From the NCBI GenBank assembly GCA_937625935.1, contig OW569358.1:62001-126000 (forward strand): a stretch of DNA of 64,000 nucleotides, read 5' to 3'. The notes below the pieces were generated by a model. That model was not told the DNA's origin, made no database searches, and saw nothing but the letters and a program-made list of their open reading frames with translations. Source of the DNA: Tetramitus jugosus. Taxonomy: Eukaryota; Protista; Heterolobosea. A program made the position numbers and the translations under genes. This document shows positions 39,176-49,076 of the stretch, one piece after another; positions within the stretch are counted from its first letter, which is position 1; the number at the start of each line of letters is the position of its first letter.

Positions 39176-41839
39176 ATGAACAATGATGACAACGTGCAGT
39201 GCACTTGCAACAAGAAAGCTCTGTTGTTGCAAGTGAAAAAGGAAGGTCCCAACACGGGTCGCTGGTTCTATGCATGTGCTTCCAAAACATGCAAATTTTT
39301 CAAATGGTCTTCTTCGTCGGCAGCTGCTTCAACGTCGTCAAGTGGTAGGTCACAGACACAGACTTACAACAACAGGAGGACTGATAACTCTGATGGTGAT
39401 AGTCAAGGTGTTCGAACTCATAAGGCAACTTTTAGGAGTGATAAGTCAAAGAAGAATAACAAGGATGGTGATGATGAAGATGTTCCGTCATGTCCTGTTC
39501 ATGGTCAAGAATCTGTTGTGTTGAGGCAAGTGAGCAAAAAGGACAGTCCTCATGTTGGTAGGCATTTTTGGATGTGTTCACTGTCAACATCGAGCGGTGG
39601 AGCTTGCAAATTGTTTGCTTGGTGTAGCAATCCGGAGGCATACCCACAGCATCAACAGTTTCGCACTAGTGGTGAAAACATGAGGAATAGACCAAATAAT
39701 AAGAATGCTCAAAGAGAATCATCGAGTTGTGGTGCAAGTATGAACGTAGAGTTGGAAGCATGCTCACAAAAACAATTTTTGCAAGCGTATGGTATCACCA
39801 AACATGATGCGAAGCAGAATAATGGGAAGAGCAATGCCAATAGAGAAGGTTCCTCCAGTAGTAGCAGTGGGTGCAGCACCGAGGAGAGTGTAAAAGAGAC
39901 TGATGAAACGGCTGATGCTTTGGTGATTTGTAAGTTCAGTGATGAGCCAACATTGGAGCTAATTAATCGGTTGAAGAAGTGTACAAACAATTCGATATAC
40001 TTTCATGCTCCATCGACCAATGTTCATGCGTTTTCCCTGCTAGGCTATCACACAATACTACATGTATTAAGTGAGAGTGACAGTATCGGTCGTATCACGG
40101 AAATACCAAACGCAATAGCGAACATTCTCATCGAGTCAGTCAAGGAGCATGATGAAAACTTTAAAATGAATTGGAACAAAATACCACAGAAATTGTGCAA
40201 GAATATGATGCCCTTTCAAAAACAAGGCGTCGAGTTTGCAATACGTAGAGAGGGTAGAGTGCTGATAGGAGATGAAATGGGTCTAGGAAAAACTATACAA
40301 GCCATTGCTGCAGCGTCTTTCTATTTTTCTGAGTGGCCCTTGCTCGTTCTTTGTCCTAGTTCGCTTCGATACAATTGGAAGAGCGAGATTGCCAAATGGA
40401 TGCCACATTTGGACTGCAGTGACGACGACGATTCTGATATTTATGTAGTTCAGGATGGAAAAGCAGACAAATTGAATGCCTTGGTTAATATTGTTTCCTA
40501 TACATTGGCGTCAAGGGAGCCATTGCTCTCAATAATCAAGAAGCAAAAATTTAAGGTTGTTATTGTCGATGAATGCCATTATTTGAAATCTGGTGAGTCG
40601 CAAAGAACGAAGAAATTGTGTCCCCTTATAACGAATGCCGACCGAGCAATCTTACTGAGTGGTACTGCATCGCCATCGAGACCAATTGAACTCTACACAC
40701 AATTCAAATCGATTTCATCGTCAAAGGGGTTAAAAAAGGTAGATTATGGTATGCGTTATTGCGATTTGAAACAGAATGGTTTTGGTAGTGATTACAGCGG
40801 CGCGAGTCACTTGAGTGAATTAAATTTGTTGCTCAGCACAGTTATGATTCGTAGACTAAAGTCAGATGTTTTGTCAGATTTGCCACCAAAGAAGCGTTCG
40901 GCTGTCTATATTCAAGCGGATGCGAATCAGTTGAATGAGATAAAACAATTGAAATCGAAGTCAGGCGATGGTTCCAAGTATATAGCTGCAGTTCGAAACA
41001 GTAATACTGCTGAGATCTATAAAACGACGGGAATCGCAAAGTTGAACTCCATAAAGAAATATGTGAAAGATATGTTAAGAGATGGTCATAAGTTTCTCAT
41101 ATTTGCTCATCATACTCACGTATTGGATGGAATTGAAGAAGAGGTGCGAAAATGCAAAAAGGAATACATACGGATTGATGGAAGTACTCCCAAAGATGAA
41201 AGGCTTGAACGTACAAATCATTTTCGAACAACGCCTGAGTGCCTGGTGGCTATTCTTTCCATCACTGCTGCGGGCACTGGATTAACATTCACACCATGCT
41301 CGACTATTTTATTTGCAGAGTTGCATTGGACTCCTGGTATTCTAGCTCAGGCTGAAGATAGATGTCACAGAATAGGACAAACGTCTTTTGTTGATATCAG
41401 ATACCTTTTGGCCAAGGGAACAGCTGATGATACAATCTGGCCTATGATCAAGAGTAAATTGGATGTTGTTGGTCAGGCCTTAGACGATGATTTACAACAG
41501 GGAAAGAAGCAGTTTGGCTCTGGCACTATGAGTTCTTCAGTGTTCTTAGCAGGACAAACAACTCTGCAGTTTGAGAAGAAGACTGAATCTGAGCAGTCAG
41601 AAGACACAGTTGAGAGCGAGGGCGAGCTTGATTTTTCAATTTTAGATGTAAACAAGACGACACCGACAGTCGAGGACGTGTCTGTAAGCACCACAACGAC
41701 GAAGGTTGAAGTAACGAAATCGAGTGGAAAGAAACGCTCTTCGCCTAGCCCTTCGGCTGGCACGAAGAAAAGGAGGAAAACAGACAAAGATATCACCCAG
41801 AAGAACACCCTTCTCTCTTATTTTGCGGCAAAGAAGTAA
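39176..41839 (+). CDS. SMARCAL1/ZRANB3-like SNF2 annealing helicase with two N-terminal GRF zinc fingers
   Basis: C.C..VKKEGPNTGRWFYAC..CKFFKW and CPVH..GRHFWMC..CKLFAW; GDEMGLGKTIQA, DECH, LLSGT..SRP.EL, RIDGST and QAEDRCHRIGQ. Confidence 0.9.
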   Translation: MNNDDNVQCTCNKKALLLQVKKEGPNTGRWFYACASKTCKFFKWSSSSAAASTSSSGRSQTQTYNNRRTDNSDGDSQGVRTHKATFRSDKSKKNNKDGDDEDVPSCPVHGQESVVLRQVSKKDSPHVGRHFWMCSLSTSSGGACKLFAWCSNPEAYPQHQQFRTSGENMRNRPNNKNAQRESSSCGASMNVELEACSQKQFLQAYGITKHDAKQNNGKSNANREGSSSSSSGCSTEESVKETDETADALVICKFSDEPTLELINRLKKCTNNSIYFHAPSTNVHAFSLLGYHTILHVLSESDSIGRITEIPNAIANILIESVKEHDENFKMNWNKIPQKLCKNMMPFQKQGVEFAIRREGRVLIGDEMGLGKTIQAIAAASFYFSEWPLLVLCPSSLRYNWKSEIAKWMPHLDCSDDDDSDIYVVQDGKADKLNALVNIVSYTLASREPLLSIIKKQKFKVVIVDECHYLKSGESQRTKKLCPLITNADRAILLSGTASPSRPIELYTQFKSISSSKGLKKVDYGMRYCDLKQNGFGSDYSGASHLSELNLLLSTVMIRRLKSDVLSDLPPKKRSAVYIQADANQLNEIKQLKSKSGDGSKYIAAVRNSNTAEIYKTTGIAKLNSIKKYVKDMLRDGHKFLIFAHHTHVLDGIEEEVRKCKKEYIRIDGSTPKDERLERTNHFRTTPECLVAILSITAAGTGLTFTPCSTILFAELHWTPGILAQAEDRCHRIGQTSFVDIRYLLAKGTADDTIWPMIKSKLDVVGQALDDDLQQGKKQFGSGTMSSSVFLAGQTTLQFEKKTESEQSEDTVESEGELDFSILDVNKTTPTVEDVSVSTTTTKVEVTKSSGKKRSSPSPSAGTKKRRKTDKDITQKNTLLSYFAAKK

Positions 41840-41877
41840 AGGTCTTGTTTCAGTATAACTACATTTTATGTACATAA

Positions 41878-42717
41878 TTAACTCGTAATTCGTCTGACAA
41901 CAGGGTGGACAAATCTCTCTTTTTCAGTCCATCGGATTGACATTCGAGCTGTTTTTTGGAATGGCTCTTCTTGATCTTCAGATTCTTGTTTGGAATCAGA
42001 TTCAGCACTTGTCTTGCTTCTAGGTCTCCCCAGTGTTTTACATTCTTTGGTCTTTTGTTTCTTGCTCTTTCCTAGCAGGAATCCTAGCTTTGTAAACCAG
42101 TTGTTACTGTTTTTGTTCTCGCAGGGAGAAGCTGTCCTATTTACATGAGTGCCTGTACCGTTATCTACAGGGCTTGTAGCGTCACTCAATCTGAAGATTG
42201 TGCTCATTCTCTTCATCTTAGTTGATGACCTAGATTTTCTGTTTCTTCTGCTCCTTAAGTAATTCTCATAGTGAACTGACTTTAAAAAAATTGGAACCTT
42301 TTCTTCCTGCAATTGAATCTTAACTCTGGTTTTCAACTTCTTAAAGACCGAAGTCCGATCTAGCAAGTCAATATCTTCGTGGCAATGTAAAAAGGACATG
42401 TATTGATTTCTTCCCATATCCATCATGAAAGAAGCCCTAGCGCTTCCTGAAAAATTTAACTCCTTGGCAGCGTTGGGTAGGATGTAGAGTTGAATAATCT
42501 GTTGAGCAATCACCTCAGCATCTTGAGCCTGGCAGTGTTCAAAAGAATCGATTGCAAAAAGAAAATCCATCACTTCTTCGTCATGCTGCTCGCACATGAA
42601 CCGATAGAAGTGAAGACCAAGAGATTTTCGAGTCAAAATTTCATTTATATGCAAGTCAGCCGGAGATTGAGTATAAGAAGGTGAACTAGCAGGAGAACAT
42701 GGAGATGAAGAGTACAT
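41878..42717 (-). CDS. RGS-domain protein
   Basis: F..FM..QH.EE..DFL.AID.F, A..I...YI...A.KELN and F......V...L.....P.FLKS..Y. Confidence 0.85.
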   Translation of the reverse strand: MYSSSPCSPASSPSYTQSPADLHINEILTRKSLGLHFYRFMCEQHDEEVMDFLFAIDSFEHCQAQDAEVIAQQIIQLYILPNAAKELNFSGSARASFMMDMGRNQYMSFLHCHEDIDLLDRTSVFKKLKTRVKIQLQEEKVPIFLKSVHYENYLRSRRNRKSRSSTKMKRMSTIFRLSDATSPVDNGTGTHVNRTASPCENKNSNNWFTKLGFLLGKSKKQKTKECKTLGRPRSKTSAESDSKQESEDQEEPFQKTARMSIRWTEKERFVHPVVRRITS

Positions 42718-43560
42718 TTTGGTGTGTGCTTCTGAACAATAGGTTCGGTATGATTTCGTTGTGGTTTTTCCAAAGAGTATAATGGGTTATTCTGATTTTC
42801 AAATTAGATATCGATGATCATTCCAGTGAATAAAAAAAGGGCAAGTCTGCCGGTGGAAGAACGAAGCCTTGGAGGATTAAGGAATTCATCACTAGAACTA
42901 CCCATCTATATATAAAAAAGCATTGGGCAGACAATAAAGGATCCACTGCCGAAAAAAACACACGATTCGTGGCGAACTATGCTGGGCAAGGGTGTCATCA
43001 ATCAGGGATAAATACCCTAAAAACTTACAAAACACCAGAAAAGAATTAAGGAAAAAGGTATGATGTCTTTCCGAAACCCTTTATCGAAAGGATGTCTCAG
43101 ATCTCCAACCGCATCTACAGATCGGTAGACGGTTTTTCCGCAATCGGAGATATCCAACGGGCGTTGATCGCTTCTTGGCGCCAGTTTTTGGCGCCCTGTG
43201 ATGGAAACTGGTTCGTGGAGATTGACAACACCGAAGCGATAATAGGATGCTCGTTGGAAAGAATGCTCTTCCAACAAATAGACCCAAAGTGGAAACCCTG
43301 ACTTCGAATGACATCTCGAGATCTCTATCCAAGTTAGCTAAAAAGCTATCTTCTTCTCCAGAGAGACACAGAAGGTACTTTTGTTTTCTGCTCTCTCATA
43401 ATTTGTGAGTGTTCATTATTGACTTTGGAAATTCGTTGAACACAGGTCAGTTCAAAGTAGATCACCTCCTAAACTCACAAATGTTGATGTACCAACAAAA
43501 GGCTCAAAACCATTCGATGAAAATGACAAGAAAATTGTTTGGAGGGAGTCCATATCTGAA

Positions 43561-46500
43561 ATGAAGAATTATCTGTCAGATCTCAGCGATCCAGAAGTTT
43601 TAAACACACCGAGAGATGACCAAAAGGAGACGGAAGGAATTGTGGTTCAACCAACTGATCGTGAAGCAGTTCAAAAGTTTGAATCTTCTTCTGTACATGA
43701 TTGTCCAGATAATGCTCAACGATTAAATGAAGAGAAGAGAGCATGCGAAAATACGGTACAGAGAAGGCGAATTCAACACAATCGCAAAGTCTACCTTAAA
43801 GATTTAGTGTTCGAAACAAGGAAGCAGACAAAAGTGCAGAAACCGAGAATGAAGAATTTAGAAGAAGAGTTACAAGAGGTAACGGATATTATACAGAGAG
43901 ACGAAGTTGGAATGAGAAGTAACAGTGCATATATGTCCGATAAATTGGTGAGCGAGAATACGGAGCTATGTTATGGAGTGAGACAAGTCGAAAATAAAGA
44001 ACCGAGTGAAGAAAATACTAGTGACCTAATTAATCGAGTTCATTCTTTGTTTGAGCGAATGGATACCGATAGCATAGATGACCTCAAACCGAAAGAAACT
44101 TCTCCCAAACCATACTCTTACCCTCAATTAAATCAGTCAATAGAAGCACCTCCATCACCGACCCTATCAGACACGAATCTAATGATTTTCAAGATGCATC
44201 GTGATTTTCAAGATAAGAACCAGTTACCTCATCAAAGGACAAGGCTCATATTTCCTGAGAAAGAGACCAATGACTTTTGGGAGAAAATTCACTCCATAAA
44301 GATTCGACAGTGGGATGAATGTTGCAGGCGTGTTAATTCGTTGAGGAAGAAACGTTTGAGAGAGATTAAGGATGTAGTAGAGAACGAAAAACAGGAATTA
44401 TGCTTTGTATTTAAACAAAATTCGGTTGAGAGGCGCATTATCCTCCTTAGAGACAAAATACAAATGAAGGAAGAGAAGAGTCCAAAGCGAGGTGTCCAGC
44501 AAAGAGATCTTAAGAAGCTAAAAGCCACACCAATGAAAAAAGCAGAGGTGATTCGGTTTCAGAAAGAATTGAGTGATGAGAGCTACCAAGCTCTTATTCT
44601 TCAGCATCAACAGTCAAAACTTATTGCGAAGTTGTTTTTCATACTAATGAAGATCAGGATGCGGGTTAAGGAATTGCTGTTTGATTTATCTACAAAACTG
44701 AACGACGAGATTCTGGAACACTTTGCTCGTGGAGTGCTGAGTATTATGACATATCATGTTTTAAAGAATAAGATGTTAGGTGAACTTGAAGTCAAATATC
44801 GAAGTAAGATGAACCGGAGGAAGAAGATGATGATACTTCGACTCTGGGAAGCGAGGTTTAAACAACATGAGATCAGATCTCACCATAACAACTTAGCAAT
44901 TCAACACCGTGAAAAATATCTCTGTTTGAAAGCATTCAACAGTTTCGTATATGGATGCATAGCGAGTCGAGCAGATTCATTGGGAAAGGAAATTGGTCGA
45001 AATTGGTTTTCGCTCGGTTTGTTGGCTAAATGTCACTATGGATGGAGTAGAATCGTGAGGGAGAACAACTTTCTGGCCAATGGAGTTGCTCTTCTTGATG
45101 GTGAAGACCAAACGGAGTTAGAATCTTATATTCAATCCAATGAGGTGGAGTCTTACTTCTCATTCAAGACAAGAGTAACAATCAAAAAGAAGATACAAAG
45201 TACTCTCGGATACAACTATACTCTGTTAAAACAGCAATTGCATTATAGAAAGAAATTCATGATGATGAATCTCTCAGATTTGGAAGATTTCCAACATAAA
45301 CCGCTTCGAGAATTCATGATACGTACAGATCCAGAAGGCGATATAAGGAAGAAAAGACCTAACTATATATCAGTAGATATCTCTCGAAAGGCAGCATGGC
45401 GTTACGAAGATAAATTGTTGAAGAGATGTTTCATTAAGTGGATAGAGACTTTACCTCAACAAGAATTAAAAAATAGGGCCGATTCCTACTACGAACGCTC
45501 CCTCTTGACCAAGGTATGGTCATCATTTGTTAGGTATCATAACCAAACATCATCCTTGGAAAGGGTCGTAGAACAACGTCAGGAGCTATCAACTAAAAAA
45601 TTGTTCATTCAAAGATGGCGTGAGAGGTACGCACTCCGATTGTGTATTCTTGAGAAGGTAGTGGATTTGTTTCAATCCAGGAGTTTAGGAAGAAGGGTGA
45701 TCAATGGACTCATATTTTATAGGACATTCAGAAGACAGAAAGTTCTTTACTACGATGGGTTTCGCCAACACTACCACCATACTCTACTCAGAAAAAGTTT
45801 ACATGGACTCATGCTTAACATACTGGAAGTAAAATTCAAAAGGGAACAGAACCACTTGGCCTCTCGAATGATTGCCACTAAATTCTTCAGAACCTGGAAA
45901 ACAAAGTTTGGAGTTCGGAACTTGGTGAGAACAGTAATGAATCTAAATCAATCAGTTAATCTTAGTGACTATGACAATATGAGACGGTGCTTCGATGCTT
46001 GGCGATACAAGACTCAAAAGTCCAGTAAGAGGAGAAGTAGATTGATACTAAACTATCAAGCAGGATTGTTTCGTTGTATGAGGATGAAGAAGGAAGTGTT
46101 TACCCTGTGGGTTAGAAAAATCAAGGAATCACTAACCTGCAACCTTCAGGTTTTGAAGAGTGTCGCAATACAACGTAAATACTTTGTGATATGGTTGGAA
46201 AAGTACAAGTCGAGCTCTAGTGAGAGAGAGGAGATACTTCAGCAAGCGGAGCACGATGAACCACTAGAAATGTTTGTCTCATTAAAACAGAGCACTGAAA
46301 AACCATCGATCGATACAATTTCAGCACATCCAGAGGAACCAACAAGCTCTCGTACTTTGGAGTTCAAATCTCTCGAAGTGTTCCAAAAACGATCATACTT
46401 TAAGAAATGGAGAGAAAGACTCTACGAATCAAACCATTTTCTGAAAAAGAGAGCATTCTGGACGTGGAAGAGGTTTGTGTTTGAGTACGGCTTCATTCGA

Positions 46501-47136
46501 CCTCTAGAACATTACATTCGAACCATATTTTTGAAGTGGAGAAGACGAAGATGGATGCATCAAAGAATAGAGGATCATGACCGACAATCGCTCCTATCTC
46601 GAGCATTCCGAGTTCTGCAGCTCAATTATCGGTTTAAAAACAATCTGAGGAAGAAAATAATCAGAGCCAAAGAGTTCCACAGACAGAAACTTCTTCAGAA
46701 GGGTTTCAAATCTATTCACAGGCAGTGTGTAGCTCAACTGCAACGAAAGATAGCTAATACGAAAGCAGATCATTTCTACTGCCTTAAACTTCAGAAAAAC
46801 CCCAACTCGATTGTTGTATCCAAAGAGAGAGTACTAAAACGGCAAGTTTCAACACAAGGAGTTCAAAAGAAGTGTCAATCTTTGCCCAAGTACTTTCGAA
46901 GCATTCTTCCAACAGTTCACTTTCACCTCATAGCAAAAGCTTTCGACAGTTTGAGAATCTTGGTTTTGAAGAAGAGACACAAAGAGATCCAACAAGCCAA
47001 AGCAATCCACGTGCGAAACGTAATTTTACTACGGAAAGTGTTCCTAAAGTGGAAAGAACGCTTTGAAAGGAAGAGTGGCAACTATCCACCATCGCAGGGA
47101 TTTTCCATCAAGGTCCAGCACTCCAGAAGGAAATAA
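43561..47136 (+). CDS. Sfi1-like repeat protein (centrin-binding type); 5' end uncertain
   Basis: 1191-aa basic ORF with many A..(Y/H)...LL.K.F..W repeats. Confidence 0.65.
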   Translation: MKNYLSDLSDPEVLNTPRDDQKETEGIVVQPTDREAVQKFESSSVHDCPDNAQRLNEEKRACENTVQRRRIQHNRKVYLKDLVFETRKQTKVQKPRMKNLEEELQEVTDIIQRDEVGMRSNSAYMSDKLVSENTELCYGVRQVENKEPSEENTSDLINRVHSLFERMDTDSIDDLKPKETSPKPYSYPQLNQSIEAPPSPTLSDTNLMIFKMHRDFQDKNQLPHQRTRLIFPEKETNDFWEKIHSIKIRQWDECCRRVNSLRKKRLREIKDVVENEKQELCFVFKQNSVERRIILLRDKIQMKEEKSPKRGVQQRDLKKLKATPMKKAEVIRFQKELSDESYQALILQHQQSKLIAKLFFILMKIRMRVKELLFDLSTKLNDEILEHFARGVLSIMTYHVLKNKMLGELEVKYRSKMNRRKKMMILRLWEARFKQHEIRSHHNNLAIQHREKYLCLKAFNSFVYGCIASRADSLGKEIGRNWFSLGLLAKCHYGWSRIVRENNFLANGVALLDGEDQTELESYIQSNEVESYFSFKTRVTIKKKIQSTLGYNYTLLKQQLHYRKKFMMMNLSDLEDFQHKPLREFMIRTDPEGDIRKKRPNYISVDISRKAAWRYEDKLLKRCFIKWIETLPQQELKNRADSYYERSLLTKVWSSFVRYHNQTSSLERVVEQRQELSTKKLFIQRWRERYALRLCILEKVVDLFQSRSLGRRVINGLIFYRTFRRQKVLYYDGFRQHYHHTLLRKSLHGLMLNILEVKFKREQNHLASRMIATKFFRTWKTKFGVRNLVRTVMNLNQSVNLSDYDNMRRCFDAWRYKTQKSSKRRSRLILNYQAGLFRCMRMKKEVFTLWVRKIKESLTCNLQVLKSVAIQRKYFVIWLEKYKSSSSEREEILQQAEHDEPLEMFVSLKQSTEKPSIDTISAHPEEPTSSRTLEFKSLEVFQKRSYFKKWRERLYESNHFLKKRAFWTWKRFVFEYGFIRPLEHYIRTIFLKWRRRRWMHQRIEDHDRQSLLSRAFRVLQLNYRFKNNLRKKIIRAKEFHRQKLLQKGFKSIHRQCVAQLQRKIANTKADHFYCLKLQKNPNSIVVSKERVLKRQVSTQGVQKKCQSLPKYFRSILPTVHFHLIAKAFDSLRILVLKKRHKEIQQAKAIHVRNVILLRKVFLKWKERFERKSGNYPPSQGFSIKVQHSRRK

Positions 47137-47149
47137 ATTATCATTGAGC

Positions 47150-48859
47150 CTATAGGTCTACAATGGAACAAGTGTCAACAAATAGTTGTTCACTTGTTGA
47201 ACTTAGTTCTTGGTCTGAAAGTTCTTCTAAAATGGAATACAATCTTCTTCCGCTGTAACAACACAGAATATCATAGACAGGTTCGTCTGGAAAACCAAGC
47301 AATGATACAGATTGCTGTAACAAATTCAATAGGAGCGTAAACATAGATACCAATTGATATTGCTCTCTTTGAAAGGTTTGCATGTTCGGTAGTATGTCAT
47401 CATGATTAATTTCGAAATGAAAGAGGGACAATAAGAGTTTTCTACAGTCCGATAGTGTATAATGTGCCTGATCATTTGATTGTATCTCTTTGATGGTCGT
47501 AAATAAGGCTACCAAATATAACTGTCTATAGTTAATATTCTCGGTTGTATCAGGAAGTGCAATTCCCCATATGTAGTAAAATAATTCGATTGGGGTCTTG
47601 TGACTCAGCGCTCTCACATAATCTTCTCTGCGAATAGCGATGGGACGTTCAGTTACTTTTTCATCTCTAAACATAACTTCGTTAATCGTTACTGTATCTT
47701 CTGTTATACTCTCATCCTTGAAAGCAGCCAGTTCATAAATCCTCCGTCTCACATTGATCAGGAGGCCGTATGAAGTATCTCTCTTCATGTCAGTTTTCTC
47801 TAAAGAAACTGGAGCAAATATTTCTCGATAAGTAAACACCTCTCGCAATGATGCACTCAGAGAACCAGTGTACTCGACAATTTCAGCGCGAAAAGTACCA
47901 CGATAATGATTCAAAGCTCCAATAGCATCGTCCATCATACTCTTCCGATTCTGTTGCTGTATCTGCTTGAATAGTTTTTCAATCACTTCCTCCGGTGTGC
48001 CCTCTGCGTGCGTAGACAGATAAGGCACAATAATCTCAAATGATTTTGGATTTCGCTTTTTAACAGAGTTCTTCATGTACAACCATATTAATCTCAAATG
48101 TTCTTGTTCCACATAATCGCAACCAGCTAAGCATGGAAGAAGCGGCAAATACCTTGCATTCTTGAGTCCCAAGATTCGAACAACATCCTGTGTCTCAATC
48201 GATAGTACATATGCATGCATTTTTCCTGTTGAATCTTCGTCCAACGTGGCGAATTGAAGATGACGGAACGGTGCATAACCAACTCCTTTTGGCAATGAAA
48301 AAATGTAAAAATCGGAATCGTCTGACAACACGACTCTAAACTCTTTTGTTTGCAGCATTTTTGCAAGAAGTGGATCCGCTTCATACGTAGCAGTCACGAT
48401 CGAAACCTTAAAATCATCATCTGTTTTGTCCAATGTCATAAAATGTCGTCTCAACGTATACTTCATCAGGCTTGTAATGTTCTGCGGTCTCAAAAACAAG
48501 CTCGAATTTGAAAATTTGTCAAACCCAGGTTGAGTCACGACATTTGCATTGATGGCCTTCCTTATTGATCTCTCTCTTGCCGTATTCTTCTTCTTTGGAT
48601 CCAGAATACCATCAAAACAAAAGCACATGTGCTTCACTCCAATTGTTTTGAACACGTTGACAAATTCAACTAGACCAGAAGCGAAATCTTGATACTCGCC
48701 ACACAGCATCCAATCCAATGCCAACTTTCTCTGGTAGAGGTAATAGGAGAGAGCAGAAGCGTCGACGAGAATGGACATTCCCTTCTCAATCTCAATCTTC
48801 TGACAATATTGGTAGAGGGGAAATTTTTCCATAAAGGAACTCAACCCTGACACACCCAT
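47150..48859 (-). CDS. Asteroid-like XPG/PIN-domain nuclease
   Basis: MGV.GL, LVDAS, FDG, EAD, SDDSDFYIF and LAGCDY motifs. Confidence 0.85.
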   Translation of the reverse strand: MGVSGLSSFMEKFPLYQYCQKIEIEKGMSILVDASALSYYLYQRKLALDWMLCGEYQDFASGLVEFVNVFKTIGVKHMCFCFDGILDPKKKNTARERSIRKAINANVVTQPGFDKFSNSSLFLRPQNITSLMKYTLRRHFMTLDKTDDDFKVSIVTATYEADPLLAKMLQTKEFRVVLSDDSDFYIFSLPKGVGYAPFRHLQFATLDEDSTGKMHAYVLSIETQDVVRILGLKNARYLPLLPCLAGCDYVEQEHLRLIWLYMKNSVKKRNPKSFEIIVPYLSTHAEGTPEEVIEKLFKQIQQQNRKSMMDDAIGALNHYRGTFRAEIVEYTGSLSASLREVFTYREIFAPVSLEKTDMKRDTSYGLLINVRRRIYELAAFKDESITEDTVTINEVMFRDEKVTERPIAIRREDYVRALSHKTPIELFYYIWGIALPDTTENINYRQLYLVALFTTIKEIQSNDQAHYTLSDCRKLLLSLFHFEINHDDILPNMQTFQREQYQLVSMFTLLLNLLQQSVSLLGFPDEPVYDILCCYSGRRLYSILEELSDQELSSTSEQLFVDTCSIVDL

Positions 48860-49076
48860 GATTTCTCAGTTGTTCCTTCACACAACAAACTTCCGCAAAA
48901 TAGTTCTTTGATTCCTTTTTGTAGCAACACACACTTTTTTGAACGTTTGCTCCGATTTCTCCTCCATCGGAGAGAATAAGGAGCTTCCGATGCAAACTAG
49001 AAGAAAATCAACAACAACAACAATAACAAGAATTACAACAATAACAACAACTAGACGAGGTGTGTGACTTGGACTC

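Noticed and set aside
43017-43560. Separate short ORFs upstream of the Sfi1-like gene
   Set aside because: No recognisable motifs; they may be unresolved 5' exons or promoter, and I cannot support a gene model.
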